Position numbers and translations under genes: made by a program
Shown: one piece after another, positions 13,884 through 26,326 of the stretch
Numbering within the stretch: the stretch's first letter is position 1
Layout of the letters: the number at the start of each line of letters is the position of its first letter
Assembly (NCBI GenBank): GCA_024704765.1
Contig: JAKMXF010000122.1
Coordinates: forward strand, 519,068 to 583,067
Reading direction: 5' to 3'
Source: Oopsacas minuta
Lineage: Eukaryota; Animalia; Porifera
DNA length: 64,000 bases
The notes under the pieces: model-generated
What the model saw: only the letters and a program-made list of their open reading frames with translations
Told to the model about the DNA's origin: nothing
The model's database searches: none

Positions 13884-14487
13884 GCTTTGAACCTGCTTTC
13901 CAAGTTATTTTAACCACAATGGCGTAATCAAATTACATCTTCAACATTGGTAATTATTTACTAATAAATACCAATGTTATCAAAACCCTCAAATCACATG
14001 AAAGCAATCATGATTCGTAATAACTTTGCACAAAAACGCAATAGAAAGACTGATTAAACAAACATATAAAAAAGTAAATAATTATATTATGACTTATTGT
14101 GTGTTCGCATACATTTTTTGATTGAATTTCTTCGATTTTCTAGGATTGACATTTTAATGCTGTTTTTACACGAATATGACAAAAATGATTATTTAACGAG
14201 TGTTTATGAAAATGAAGATCATCTCTAAATAACTCAAACTAACATTTAACAAGTGGAAGGTATTTTGATAAAAAGGATTAGTTTCAGTTTTGAGAATTTC
14301 TGAAAAAATTGATAATAATGAAAACAATTACCATATCTGGGCAAGAACTTTGATTGCGTCATTGTGGTTAAAATAACTTGGTAATCAGGTTCAAAAGTAT
14401 TCTAGACATCTCCGCCGTATGTGGAAACTTATTTACAGTTGAATTAGTAATTATAACAACAATCCTTCATTATAAAACAGAATATAA
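13884..14487. repeat. MITE-A copy truncated on both sides
   Basis: Starts within the left TIR (gaacctgctttccaag) and stops at cagaatataa. Confidence 0.8.
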
Positions 14488-14761
14488 CACAGCCCTGCGG
14501 AAAAAATTTTAATTGCCGATTGTTATTGCAAAACATTTTCTAATCCACATTTTAATACTGATTTTGAAAAATGTTGTAAAATATACGTATCACGTCTAGT
14601 TTTTTTGCAAAATTATTTTAAATATTGGTATATTTATCGATGAATGCATGATACCTCTACAAGTAAAATAGTGAAAATCTGCCATTTATAAATTTTACTA
14701 AGAATTACAATAAAATTTTTATTGATAATATAATCTTAGTTAATAAATAAATTTGAATACA

Positions 14762-16454
14762 TTAGTTTGAATCAGGAGTAAATTTCCGTTTTTTTGACAT
14801 TCTAGCATGAATAACATCAATACAATCTCTCTTGAGGCACCAGCAGTAATCAGCCATCATATGAACGTCCCACCTCCCCTTATATCGTGTTTCCATTGTT
14901 TTTATGTCTTGGTGGAATCGTTCACCTTGCTCCTCGGAAACAGCTCCAAGATTCTCTGGAAAATAGTCAATATGACTGTGAAGAAAGTGAACTTTTACAT
15001 TCATATTGCAGCTGAGATTCTTGTAAGATTCAATCAACTCATTCACAAGTATTTTATAATTAGGAGATTTCGTATTTCCCAAGAAGTTTTTCATGACATT
15101 CACAAATGCATTCCACGCACATTTTTCTTTGCATATCATAGAATTTGAAAAATTATCATCTCGAACAAGTTGTCTAATCTGAGGACGTCGAATATACCGG
15201 CTTTTCTTTTTTCATCACTTAGGTAGTAAAACCTCTCGGTAATATATTTGAAACAATTTCCTTCTTTATCTAATGCCCTTACAAACTGTTTCATCAATCC
15301 TAATTTTATATGAAGTGGTGGAAGCAAAATCTTGAGAGGATCCACTAGAGGCTCGTGAATAATGTTCTTATCTCCAATATTAAGATTGGTTCTAGCTGGC
15401 CAGCTCTGTCTAGAATAGTGTTCGCTCTTTGCACGACTGTCCCATAAGCATAAAAAACAAGGGTATTTTGTATATCCTGATTGCTGTCCCAAAAGAATGC
15501 ATATGATTTTTAAGTCACCACAGATTACCCAATTGTGCTGGTTATAATTAATTTTATGAAGCACAATTTTCATGTTATCATATCGTTCCTTTAAACTTAC
15601 TGAATGTCCAATTGGTATGGAACTAAATTTGTTGCCATTATGAAGTAGAACACATTTCAAACTTTGTTTTGAACTATCAATAAAGAGTCTCCAATCATTA
15701 GGTACATACGGACATCCAAGAGCATTAACTAGCGGTGAAACATCATGACAAAACACAAATCCGTCTTCCATTGTGAAATATTTCAAAAATTCGATCTCTC
15801 TGTTCCTATATGAGTAAAATTTTGTTTCTGGGAGAAGCAAGTTTTTTTCTTTTAGCCTAGAACCTAACAACTCCGCAGATTCTTTAGGTAAATCTAAATC
15901 ACGTATCAAATCATTTAATTCAGACTGATTAAATAACTGTGGAGAATTAGAACGAGATAATACACACGGAATAAAATCCTCATCTTCTCTAATTAATGAA
16001 TCTCTAGTTTCACAATCATCAATTTCCGAGATAACACCCAAATTAGTAAATTTTGGAACAGGTACATCAATAGAATGGGGAACGGGTCGTATTGCTGAAT
16101 GTAAATTTGGATACTTGATCAATGACTTGGTTTTAGCATTGAATCCGGAAATAGTCGCCATACAAAAGTAACAATCGCTAATGTGATTTTGTGGCTCTCT
16201 CCATATCATTGGAATTCCAAAACTTAAACTCTTTCTGATTCCTTCTGTCTATTGTCTCAAATTTTCTACACAAGATCGGCATATTGTACGTGGAGCCCAT
16301 GTTTTGTCTTGATCACCTAATCTCATTCCAAAATATTCTAAATATGCTTTTTTAACAAATCCTGTTATTGCCGTAGTTTGTTTAGAAGTCATAAAACTCC
16401 CACAAATATAACAAAGACGTCTGGATCATTACTGCACCTTCTCCGATAAGCCAT
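14762..16454 (-). pseudogene. Second, diverged Chapaev3-type transposase (frameshifted; 5' TIR not found)
   Basis: Same motif set as the 49-50 kb copy (F[C]YICG, WAP, MIWREPQNHISDCYFC, FIDSSK, CGDLK, LPPLHIKLG, SEEQGERFHQD, MMADYCW). TIR-like sequence near 14490-14610 (tatcacgtc motif shared with the other copy). Confidence 0.85.
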
Positions 16455-16839
16455 ATGATAATAAAATATCAAAATAGAAGACTATAGTACAATAAAGCTG
16501 TATATAACAAAAATAAAAATAAAACAAGTTATGTCGAAAAGAATGGACTTAAAGGGACTAATTAGAGAATGCACTAAAGCACGCATTTGTTTATTTCAAA
16601 AGACAAAAATTCACACATGTATCAAATATAATCATTTATTCTAGGGAAGCGTACTTAAAAAATCGACTTACATTAAAATGACATTTGAGTAAAAACGAGA
16701 CGTGATAGGGGAATTCTGATGACAGATTGAGAATCAGCATACTCAAGTTAACTAAAAACAACCCATGGATAATAATCAGCAAATTTGACGCAGGGCAGTG
16801 CAATAGATAAAATGCTGAAATGAAAAGAGTAAAAATTAC

Positions 16840-17088
16840 CGGAATGTCTTCATTCTGCCCAAGAACGATGATAAATACTGAAACAAAACTTGATTTTACC
16901 AAAGTAGCGGAATCTTCAGCACGTATCCGGAATGAATACTGAGTTGTTGCTGAGTCAGCATCCAACAATTCTTTAGTTGTAAGAATACCAGAATTATCTG
17001 CCATTTCGAAGGTATCAGTAACATCGGCATCAACAGAGTCAATGAAATATTTAATCTCCCCATTCGTGCCACTGTCAATGTCCACAGC
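16840..17088 (-). CDS. Cadherin exon E (249 nt, phase 0 to 0)
   Basis: AVDIDSGTNGEIKYFI...LDADSATTQYSFRIRAED...IIVLGQNEDIP. Acceptor ttccatag|gct, donor ccg|gtaatt. Confidence 0.9.
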
Positions 17089-17237
17089 CTATGGAAGAAA
17101 TATGAGTAAACAAGAATAGTAATCGAGGATGTCTTACGCGGAACTGCAGGTAAGGCGAAGCAAAAATTTTTGGTTAAGGCATTAGGTTCGGCAAGAGCTC
17201 TGGCGTGGTCGAAAAACCAAATCTATGGTAGGGGATT

Positions 17238-18044
17238 CATGGTATACTATATACACGGGTAGCTAAGCAAGGAATTGCCAAAATACTTTCCAGGCCATTG
17301 ATTATATTCACCTTGATCACGAAGAATTGCAGTTATCATTACAAGTTCATCGAAATATAGGTTTCGACATACGATTAAGACATCTAGAATACATTTGAAT
17401 CGCTTCCCAGGTAATTTTAACCACAATGACGCAATCAAAGTTCACTTTCAATAATGGTAATTATTTTACTAATAAATACCAAAATTATCGAAAAGCCCAC
17501 AAATCCAATGAAATGAATCATGATTCGTATTCACTTAGCACAAAAACACAATAGAAAGACTGTATTAACTAAACTTATAAAAATGGTTAACTGTTATGAC
17601 TTATTGTGTGTTTGCATACATTTTTGATGGAATTTCTTCGATTTTCTAGGATTGATGTTGTTTTACGCGAATATCACTAAAATGATTATTTAACGAGTGT
17701 TTAATACATGAAGATCATCTTGTGACTACTTAAACTAACCTTTCATAAGTAGAAGGTATTTGGATAAAAAGGGTTAGTTTAAGTTTTGAGAATTTCCGAA
17801 ATATTGATAAAAATGAAAAAATTACCATATATGGGCATGAACTTTGATTGCGTTATTGTGGTTAAAATAACTTGGAAAGCTGGTCCAACAGTATTCTAGA
17901 TGTCTCCGCCGTATGTGGAATACTATTCCAGTTGAATTTGTAATGATAATTGCAATCCTTCATGAACAAACAGAATATAATCAATGGCCTGGAAATCATT
18001 TACGCAATTCTTTGCTTAGCTAGCCGTATACATAGTAGGCCATG
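17238..18044. mobile_element. MITE-A, full-length, with near-TSD
   Basis: Same TIRs. Flanks GGGGATT / GAGGATT (6 of 7 identical). Confidence 0.88.
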
Positions 18045-19779
18045 GAGGATTAAAAAATTGGTCCGCACAGGGCCTGACCTAACGTACTTGTTCGGTAGGC
18101 CTTGCATTATCATATTAGTCAATATGGGAAAGATAGGGTCAATCTTAGACATAATGGTATTACTATTTAAAGTGGTCTTGACTCGTGAATACAGACTTGA
18201 AATCGAGTTCACATATCAGAACGAAATGAAATAACTTTGAGTTCAAACCCGAAATAGAAACAATTAACTACAACAATTAACTACAGCAATTGCATTTTAA
18301 AAAAACTCTTCGTATTCATTTACACCTGGATGGAACTGAATCCAAATCCGAATCCGAACAGAACACGATTCAACTCTGCTTAAACAAAAGGTATAAATTA
18401 AATGAAAGGGAAACCATGTCAAAATAGTGCTCTGTTATAGTTCAAGTATGAAACAGCTAAATTTGACAGTGCTCTTTGGGCGCCATGCGACGGGATATAC
18501 TACTTATCACTCCTTGCCTCGAATTGAAAAATATCGGAAATTTAAATTCAAATAATCCATGGTCCTTTCAAAATTGATCTAACTGCATTCTGTGATAATA
18601 CTGAAGCTGCAATGTGGCTTAAGTTTCTGATCTCTGCACTTCGTGCATCGAAAATAATAAAATTTTCATTAAATCACGAAATTCGGTAAATTTTCATTCT
18701 TTGTACAGTCATGATAACGTAATAATCCCATCATGACTTTGCATTGGCCAAAGTCATGAAGGCAGAATATTTAACATATTGAAGAGTAACTGTGATGCAA
18801 TCAATGATATTTTCGAAAAATTCAAAATGGTGGCAATGACGTCAAAGGTTGAATTTTCGCCCAAGACTCAAACGTGTCCGAGCCAGGCCAAATTCCCGTT
18901 TATGCTAAAAGTCAGCACTGGAGGTGTTTCCGTTTCTTGAATCAAATCCGAACATGCAAACCTTCAATCCATTCGGAATATACAAATAAAAATCATAAAA
19001 TGAAACATTAGGAACATGATCAATAATAGTATGACAACATCAATTCAATGAACATGGATTACTTAAGATAACGAGTGGGAAGTTAGCTGAATATTCGACC
19101 AACAGTACTTCAACCTTAATTTGACTAACTTCTCATGGTCAGGATGTAAATTTTTGGACCATTCAAAAGAAGAGACATGGACGTTTCTGAAAATGGATAT
19201 ATACTTTATAAACATTTATTTTTTCTATTAGAAATTGGTGCATCTAAACAGCAGTAGTTCACATGTGAAATTAGTATACTTAAACAAATTATTTTTTCCT
19301 AAAATCATGAGCATGTATTCCTCCTGTATGGACGTTTATGTGTTTAAAATATTATGTACTTTTTCAGATATTTAGGCTTGAAAACTGTCTTGTTTGAGTC
19401 GAGTCTCTATTAGATTTGTAACTAAGCACACAAATTTAATAAAACATTCTGATCCATTCTAACTACAGTAAGGCATACAAATTACGGCAATATCAACTGT
19501 GTTCGATCTCAGTTGATTCTTATGAAGTACTTAATGAATTATAGAATCTGCGAGTAATTTCAATTATGTTATAGCATTTAGTTTCCACATATTCCAAAAT
19601 AGTTAAAATATAATAAATATTTTAAAAGTCGAGTAGAAAAGAATAATCAGATTATAAGATCATATGATCTTTGCATAGTCTTGATTTGTAGTGTTACGAG
19701 TTGATGTATTTAGTTGTTCTGTACCTCTCAAGTAGGTAGCAGAAGTTATGAAGCTATGGGAACTCACATATATAGTTTA

Positions 19780-20250
19780 GGTTAGATTATTGATCTTCAC
19801 TTTTACTGTAATATCAAAATCTATTTCTATCCTGCGTCCTTTACATTCTTTACATTGTTCATCGCTCGTAGCGCGTAAAGTTATGCTCCAGAGATACGCT
19901 GTTTCTACGCTTTCCAAGAATTACAAATATAATCACTGTGATTGTATTCGTAGTTACAAGCTCGCCAACACAAAACTCAAATTCGTAACAATGATAAAAC
20001 TTGCTTCAGCAGATGATCGAAAGTAGGACGCATTTATTTTGCGACTGGACGACTTTCAAACCAATAATTGTGAAATTTAAGAACACATGCTGGATATATA
20101 TATATTAGAAATTATATTACTAAACACATCTGTGCAATCTCTATTCAACCTTTCTCTACCTTGTAAATCGATAAAATGAATACTATCCCATTCACCAATC
20201 TCAAGAAGAAATTCTTCATTGGCGTTGGACTCTGGTGTCATAAGAAATTC
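19780..20250 (-). pseudogene. Possible LINE AP-endonuclease relic
   Basis: FSNIISNI...NFTIIGL resembles the APE N-terminal 'NI.S...IIGLSE' motifs across frames. Confidence 0.3.
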
Positions 20251-20444
20251 ATCAGATTTATCAGATAACGGGGCTATTTGGTCATTAACTGTATTTGAGA
20301 TAATATTGTCGCATTTGATAGGATCTTCATCTTCAAAATCCTCATCAACAGGGAGACGACGAGTATTTTCAAAGCCAGGGGCTGAAGACAATCCGGGGAA
20401 ATTTCGATTCCACATATTCTAGCATTAATGCAATTAGTATAGAC

Positions 20445-21256
20445 CATGGCTACTATATACACCGCTAGCGAAGCAAAGAATTGCCATAGTAAATTCCAGG
20501 CCATTGAAAATATTCTATTTGATCATGAAGGATTGAAACTATCATTACAAATTTAACTGTATAGAGGTTTCCACATATGGTGGAGATATCCAGAATACTT
20601 TCGAATCTGATTTCCAAGATATTTTTTCCACAATGACGCAATCAAAGTTCACTTTCAATAATGGTAATTATTTTACTAATAAATACCAATATTATCTAAA
20701 AACACACAAATCCCATGAAATGAATCATGTTTCGTATTAACTTAGCACAAAAACACAATAGAAAGACTGTATTAACTAAATTATAAAAGAGGTTTGCAAT
20801 TATGACATATTTCGTGTTCGCATACATTTTTTGATGACACTTCTTCGATTTTCTAAGATTGATTTTTTAATGTAGTTTTTACGGCGAATATCACTAAAAT
20901 GATTATTTAACGAGTGTTTATGAAAATCATCTTTTGGTTACCAGAACTAACATTTAACAAGTAGAAGGTATTTTGATCAAAAGGATTAATTTAAGTTTTG
21001 GGAATTCTGAAAAAATTGATAAAAATGGACGAAATGACCATATATGGGCATGAAATTTGATCACGTTATAGTGGTTAAAATAACCTGGAAAGCAGATTCA
21101 AAAATATTCTATATGACTCCATCGTATGTGGAAACCTATTCATAGTTGAATATGTAATTATAACTGCAATCCTTCATGATCAAAGAGAATGTAATCAATA
21201 GGATGGAAATTATTTTGGTAATTCTCAGCTTAGCTAGCCTTGTATATAGTAGGCCA
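20445..21256. mobile_element. MITE-A copy
   Basis: Same TIR and interior sequence; the right tip is cut by the Tc1 remnant. Confidence 0.85.
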
Positions 21257-21703
21257 CAGTGGTACTTACTATAGCAGCAATGGTTTTCCATCAAAATAGC
21301 TGGGTTTTGTAAGGACAATAATCGAAACACCTCAAAAGTGGTCAAGAAATACATGGGCGAAAATATGCCGAATAAATTATGAGGATGGCCAAGTCATAGC
21401 CCAGACATTGATCCCATAGAGAATGTATTCTCCTGAGATTGCCCATCGAAAGACAAAGTTTATTCCCTCACAACTATCAAAGCTAAATCAAATATGGGAT
21501 GGGATAAGCCCCGAATTCCTCGAAATATACTGGCAATCAATGACCAAAAGATGTTAAATAGTATTTGAAAACAACAGATACCCCATAACATATTAAAGCT
21601 AGCACGAAATCCAATATTTATCTTGCTTAGCAGAATTATGTAGGGTATTTTCTAGACGAAATATATTCATTCTTGAATTCTAAATAATTATGGCGCACCA
21701 CTG
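21257..21703 (+). mobile_element. Internally deleted Tc1-like remnant
   Basis: WPSHSPDIDPIENVFS at about 21390-21435. Ends cagtggt(a/g)c... / ...gcgcaccactg|ta. Confidence 0.6.
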
Positions 21704-22849
21704 TATAATAGCTATAAGCGTGAATTAGTTATATACGTGAAACTGAAATATATGGTGAGTCACCTCAATCGTGTAAGAAAGTCTAAAAATATTGTTTCAC
21801 CAGATTATACCTCATTTATTAGGTGTAAAGTAGTAGATACCCCTAGATACACATTTTTAATTGTTTAGCTAATTAACACAATAATGTACTTGTCTATATA
21901 GTAAACAAATATATTCGAAAGGGTACAATATATTTCCAATAAGCTTCAATTCGTTATAACAGTGTTCCGAATGCAATAATCAAATGTAATGGGACTGCAA
22001 GAATAATGCGTTATACCCGTGAATTCGCTATATGCGCGTTGGTTATAAGTGTTACACTGTACATTTTTGATAAAGCAATTGTTCATCCAGCAAATACAGT
22101 ATCCTGGAACCATTGAGAACCCAAATTTTTATAACTCATTGCATGTGTAAGGCCGCATAAAATTTGTTAAATTCAGGAATTTATGACTTATTTAGTTGAA
22201 TAGAAATTCCAATATATTATCTAAATTCAGAGACTAAATACAACCTTCAAAAATATGATATAACTTAGACTTAGTAAAAATATTCCACATATTAGTTTAG
22301 GGCTTTAAACAAATATTAGAAATAAGTTATATTCCTTTTCGAGCAATCTCTGAAAAGTTAAGGTGAATGCATATGCCCAAATTTTGAGTTGTCACTTGTC
22401 CGAAAGAGAGAGAGTATCACTTGTCAGATTAGGTTTTCAGCATATTGTCACTTCTCCGAATAGTTTTCGAGCATGCTGTCACCTGTTCGAATAGTCTTTC
22501 AGCATGTTGTCACCAGTTTGCACACGTAAACAGTCTTGAGATCAGCAACATCTTCCTGGTGTGGAGCCCGAAGAAATAGTCTCTAAGTTTGTCTGGCTTG
22601 TGCAGTATTGAAAATGCCGGCAATTATTATTGCTCATCATTGTCATAGAGCAGGGACAGAATAGCGACTGGATATGGGCAGAAAATCCAGAAAAAATGGG
22701 AAAAGCTGGCAAAACACAGATGTAAGAAGTCAAATTCAAAAATATATATTGAAGATATTTACCATCCAGGTTTTAATAACAAAGTTAACTTTGAAAGTTT
22801 AAACAAGCTGATGCATTCGTAAATCGCTAAAAACCCAAAAGACCTTCCC

Positions 22850-23176
22850 AATTCTATTCTGAGGAAAACATGCTAATTATTTATACCATGTGAATACATA
22901 GAGGACATTAATTGATTGAAATACAAGAATTTCACCAGTAGAAATATTCTATTTTTGATGAGCATTTGTGTGAATTTTGATGTCGTGATTTGAATGCGCC
23001 TAAACGAGGTGAAGGATGGCCGTTTGAACTTTTTAAGTAGTCTTAACTGATTCTTTACATTTTCCAACCCTCTAAAAGTTCAATTCACAAATTTTTAAGG
23101 TCTAATTTATCTTTTAGGAGAAGTATATAAATGGCCTCTCTCTATTATTTGTTGCTCGGCTACTTTCCTATCTGTA
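22850..23176. repeat. Dispersed repeat B (matches 365-545 directly and 1-115 inverted)
   Basis: Shared cctaaacgag.tgaaggatgg...gttgctcggctactttcctatctgta. Confidence 0.7.
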
Positions 23177-23358
23177 TTAAAAGTAGTCTATGTACCATCC
23201 AATCCAATGATGATTGTTCCCATTATAATTTACATAAAAGTTTAGTCGGAAGATGCATCCATGGTACAATAACTATAATCAGTTGTGAGGACTTATGTAA
23301 AAGAGGCTTTGATGAAAAGCAGCTGAACTAATAGATAGCTGAAATTGAAAAGTATGTA

Positions 23359-23862
23359 CATTCGAACCTCTTTTATCAGGGAAGTGCCGGACTGGAGGGT
23401 GACGAAATTTCAGAATTTGCACTGATCTCATAAATAACAAAAACACGATGAGAGATTCAATAATAACATGTAGTCTAATCATCGAGATGAATTTGAATCA
23501 ATGAATTATCTATGAGCAGAGGACGCTTCTCTAGGCGTATGAAATATGATGAAATGATATTTAGGAGCGGAAAAATTGTGTAACACTAATTTACTGATTT
23601 AAGAGCATGAAATTTGAGAGGAAGAGAACAAGGAGCGTCCTCTGAATAACCTCTATAACTTCCTCATTTCAATTGACGAATCTAAATGTTTCAACGGTTT
23701 TAGTTACAAAGAAACGCGTAAAATATGAAGCAAAGTAAAGACAGCTCTATCATAAAGAAATTTTCCTGATAATGGCCAAATAAATTTAAATCCTTTTGGA
23801 AAATGGTGCCGGTAGAAGGAAATGTCTGTAACTCGGAGGTCCGGATAAGAGAGTTTCGAGTG
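23359..23862. mobile_element. pogo/Tigger-type MITE inside the Phantom-like element
   Basis: ta|cattcgaacctcttttatc ... gataagagagtttcgagtg|ta. Confidence 0.7.
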
Positions 23863-25504
23863 TATTAGTAGCTAAATGTAAAACCAATTAATTAATATCT
23901 TGAATCTCGACCCCACAGGTGGAGCGGCACACGGGACCACTTTGCCCCAGATCTTCAATCATTAGACTACAATTATGAGACAATTTAGATGCCTGCATGG
24001 CATAAATAATCAAGTCCTAGACAGGGTCCGAGACACAAACCGCATCTTTTTTCTAACGTTCAATTCACTTTCATCTTCAGATTCAAGTGAAAATGTCTTG
24101 AGTACTAACAATTCTCAAATAGTGCTACTTAAACAAAAATTCCTATGGATTATAAATTCCATCTTAAATCTTGTGGTATAACTTACCTTTGCCAACGTTT
24201 CTTGAATAAATTTTTATTTTTTCCAACTTCCAAACCTCAGAACATATACTGTCGGTTTGAAAGGAAATTAACAGTGGGATGTATTAAATCATCATCTAAT
24301 GAAGACGCTATTAGATTACTTCAGAATCTCTGGGTACATCCGAGGTTCTGTGTCATTGCACAAATATGTTGTGTATAATTTAAGCAGTAACAAAACCTTC
24401 GTTTGGGAGTACATCTCTTTAATTACATTTATAGCTCCTTGTTCCCAATTAGACATCCAGATATAGGAGAAATGGAATGAATTCAAGCAGGTAATCTAGA
24501 ATTTCTATAAAGTTGCTTGCTATAAATTGGGATTCTTAGCTGTAATCAAGAAATGAATAGCCGATGGACTATGTCGTGTCACAGAAACGAATATTTACCA
24601 TAATTGAAAACTGTTTTGGGATTATGTAAAATGTCCCATCAAATTGAATATTTGTAATTTCTGCCAAGAGAGCAATCATCTGTTCAGAAAAGAAAATTAC
24701 ACCAGTCTGATTTTCGCATTATACACTTAATTCGTAATATAAACTGTATTGTGTTGTAGGCAACATGTCACAAATTCGCTTGCCGTGAGTTTGATCATGG
24801 GTTGTATCATTCTTCTAGCTCGATATTCTGGAAACGAAATATTACATGCACTGGGATCCTTTCTTGTGACATAATTGAATACTTTTCTAAGGTTTGCTTG
24901 TGAATAATTTGTAAAGAATATTCATTTCTAAAGTTTATAAACACCTGTCTCATAATCATTAATACCATGATTGTGCGTCTTCATAGGAGTTATAGTATTC
25001 GTTCCTCGATTCAAGCTGCTAGTGGACCTACATCTGGTCCTAAAAATAGGACACTTAGGCAAATAATATTGCCCGTATGTTTAGATTCAAAATATTTATT
25101 TCTGGCAGGAGTTGTGATAACTCGGGAGGAAATCCATTGGTATTCGTCAATAGTATACTCCATATATTTGGATATATCGAAATTTGTTTAAATAAATTAT
25201 ATCGTAAAGTTTTTTATTATTCCTTGATAATCACAAAACTATTGACAAATTATCTTGTATAATTAACATGAGTAGGAGGTTTCGGTGACTAGTGACAACA
25301 GGAAGAAGACTCAGCTAAAGTCAAATAAAACAAAATGTAGAAACTATTGGAGAAGTAACAACATACTGAGAAACTATCCGGACAAGGACAACATGCTAAA
25401 AAACTATTCGGACAAGTGACAACAACATTGCTTTCAGTATGACAAAGGGCAGTTCAAAATTCAGACATATACAACTCCCCAGTAAGTAAGTTCTCATTAA
25501 CAAT

Positions 25505-25713
25505 AGACTTCACAAATTATCTATGGAATCCATTTTATCAGTTGCGAGGGTATTATTGGAAGATTCTGAGATAAATCCAAAGACAAAAGTCAATAAGTTG
25601 CAAATTTTTGGCATACAAGGGTTATTAAAATCCGACATAACAGGTATCAATCCAAAATATTGCCTATCTGGCCGGAATGGTAGGGCTAAGGATAATAATA
25701 AATGTAATCGCAA
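25505..25713 (-). pseudogene. Possible LINE AP-endonuclease relic
   Basis: IPVMSDFN...SIDNL resembles the 'GDFN...IDN' APE motifs. Confidence 0.3.
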
Positions 25714-25784
25714 CTAACCTAATTAACAAATCGGGGATGGAACGGCTAGTTTACAGGAATTCATCCCAAGTATGCACTTGTGGT

Positions 25785-25857
25785 CAGGGCTGTATCAACT
25801 CATTTTATTGAATCAGTTAAATGAGTTGGTAGAAAAAAATGAGTTGATACAGCCCTG
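25785..25857. mobile_element. 73-bp hAT-type micro-MITE
   Basis: Perfect 22-bp TIRs cagggctgtatcaactcatttt and exact 8-bp TSD CTTGTGGT. Confidence 0.9.
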
Positions 25858-26326
25858 CTTGTGGTGATAAAAGTAAAGATGTAGGGAAATCTTGTCATAG
25901 ATAATCATCACTAACAATCGTGTACAAACCAATATTAAAGCAAACACACGATCTGCAATCCTGCATATGTGATTCTATGTTGCCCTAGCCTCGTGCTACT
26001 CTAGATACGCCTATGTTCATTCATACTTCAGAATAAGCATAAAATGCATATGGGTACTTAGCCCAATAGCCAATACAATAGACCAATCTCGATATAATAG
26101 AAAGGACCAATTGTGTATTTGTATAACGAAAGTTTTCGATGCTACATGGATCTATGACTTGTAGGTATTAAAATCTTTATTTTACTGAAAATCAGCCACG
26201 GCAATTTCGCCAAAGGTCAATTGCGCAACAATTATCGGCAACAATTCATTTATACTGTATTACAAATTACATGATTATAAATTGCACAATCCGCCAAACG
26301 CTATATCAGGCATCAGCCATAAATAT

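Larger units (their letters stand above)
22362..25480 (-). mobile_element. Decayed FLYWCH-MULE (Phantom-like) element with tandem-repeat TIRs
   Basis: Inverted ends 22362-22520 / 25290-25480 built from ~30-bp ttgtcac...gaatag units. Minus-strand relic ORF at about 23990-25140: KTHNH (FLYWCH-like), QFDGTFYIIPKQF, IHFLITAK, MSNWEQGAIN. TSD not clear. Confidence 0.65.

Noticed and set aside
17247-18234. Recurring short ORFs (e.g. 5245-5472, 17247-17438, 17950-18234, 21136-21354, 34464-34661, 36576-36764, 41321-41770, 57333-57641, 57829-58017) with shared 'LLYTRLAK'/'MESRFKSILDVS' peptides, as a peptide gene family
   Set aside because: They are chance translations of MITE-A TIRs. Start and stop positions are not conserved between copies.
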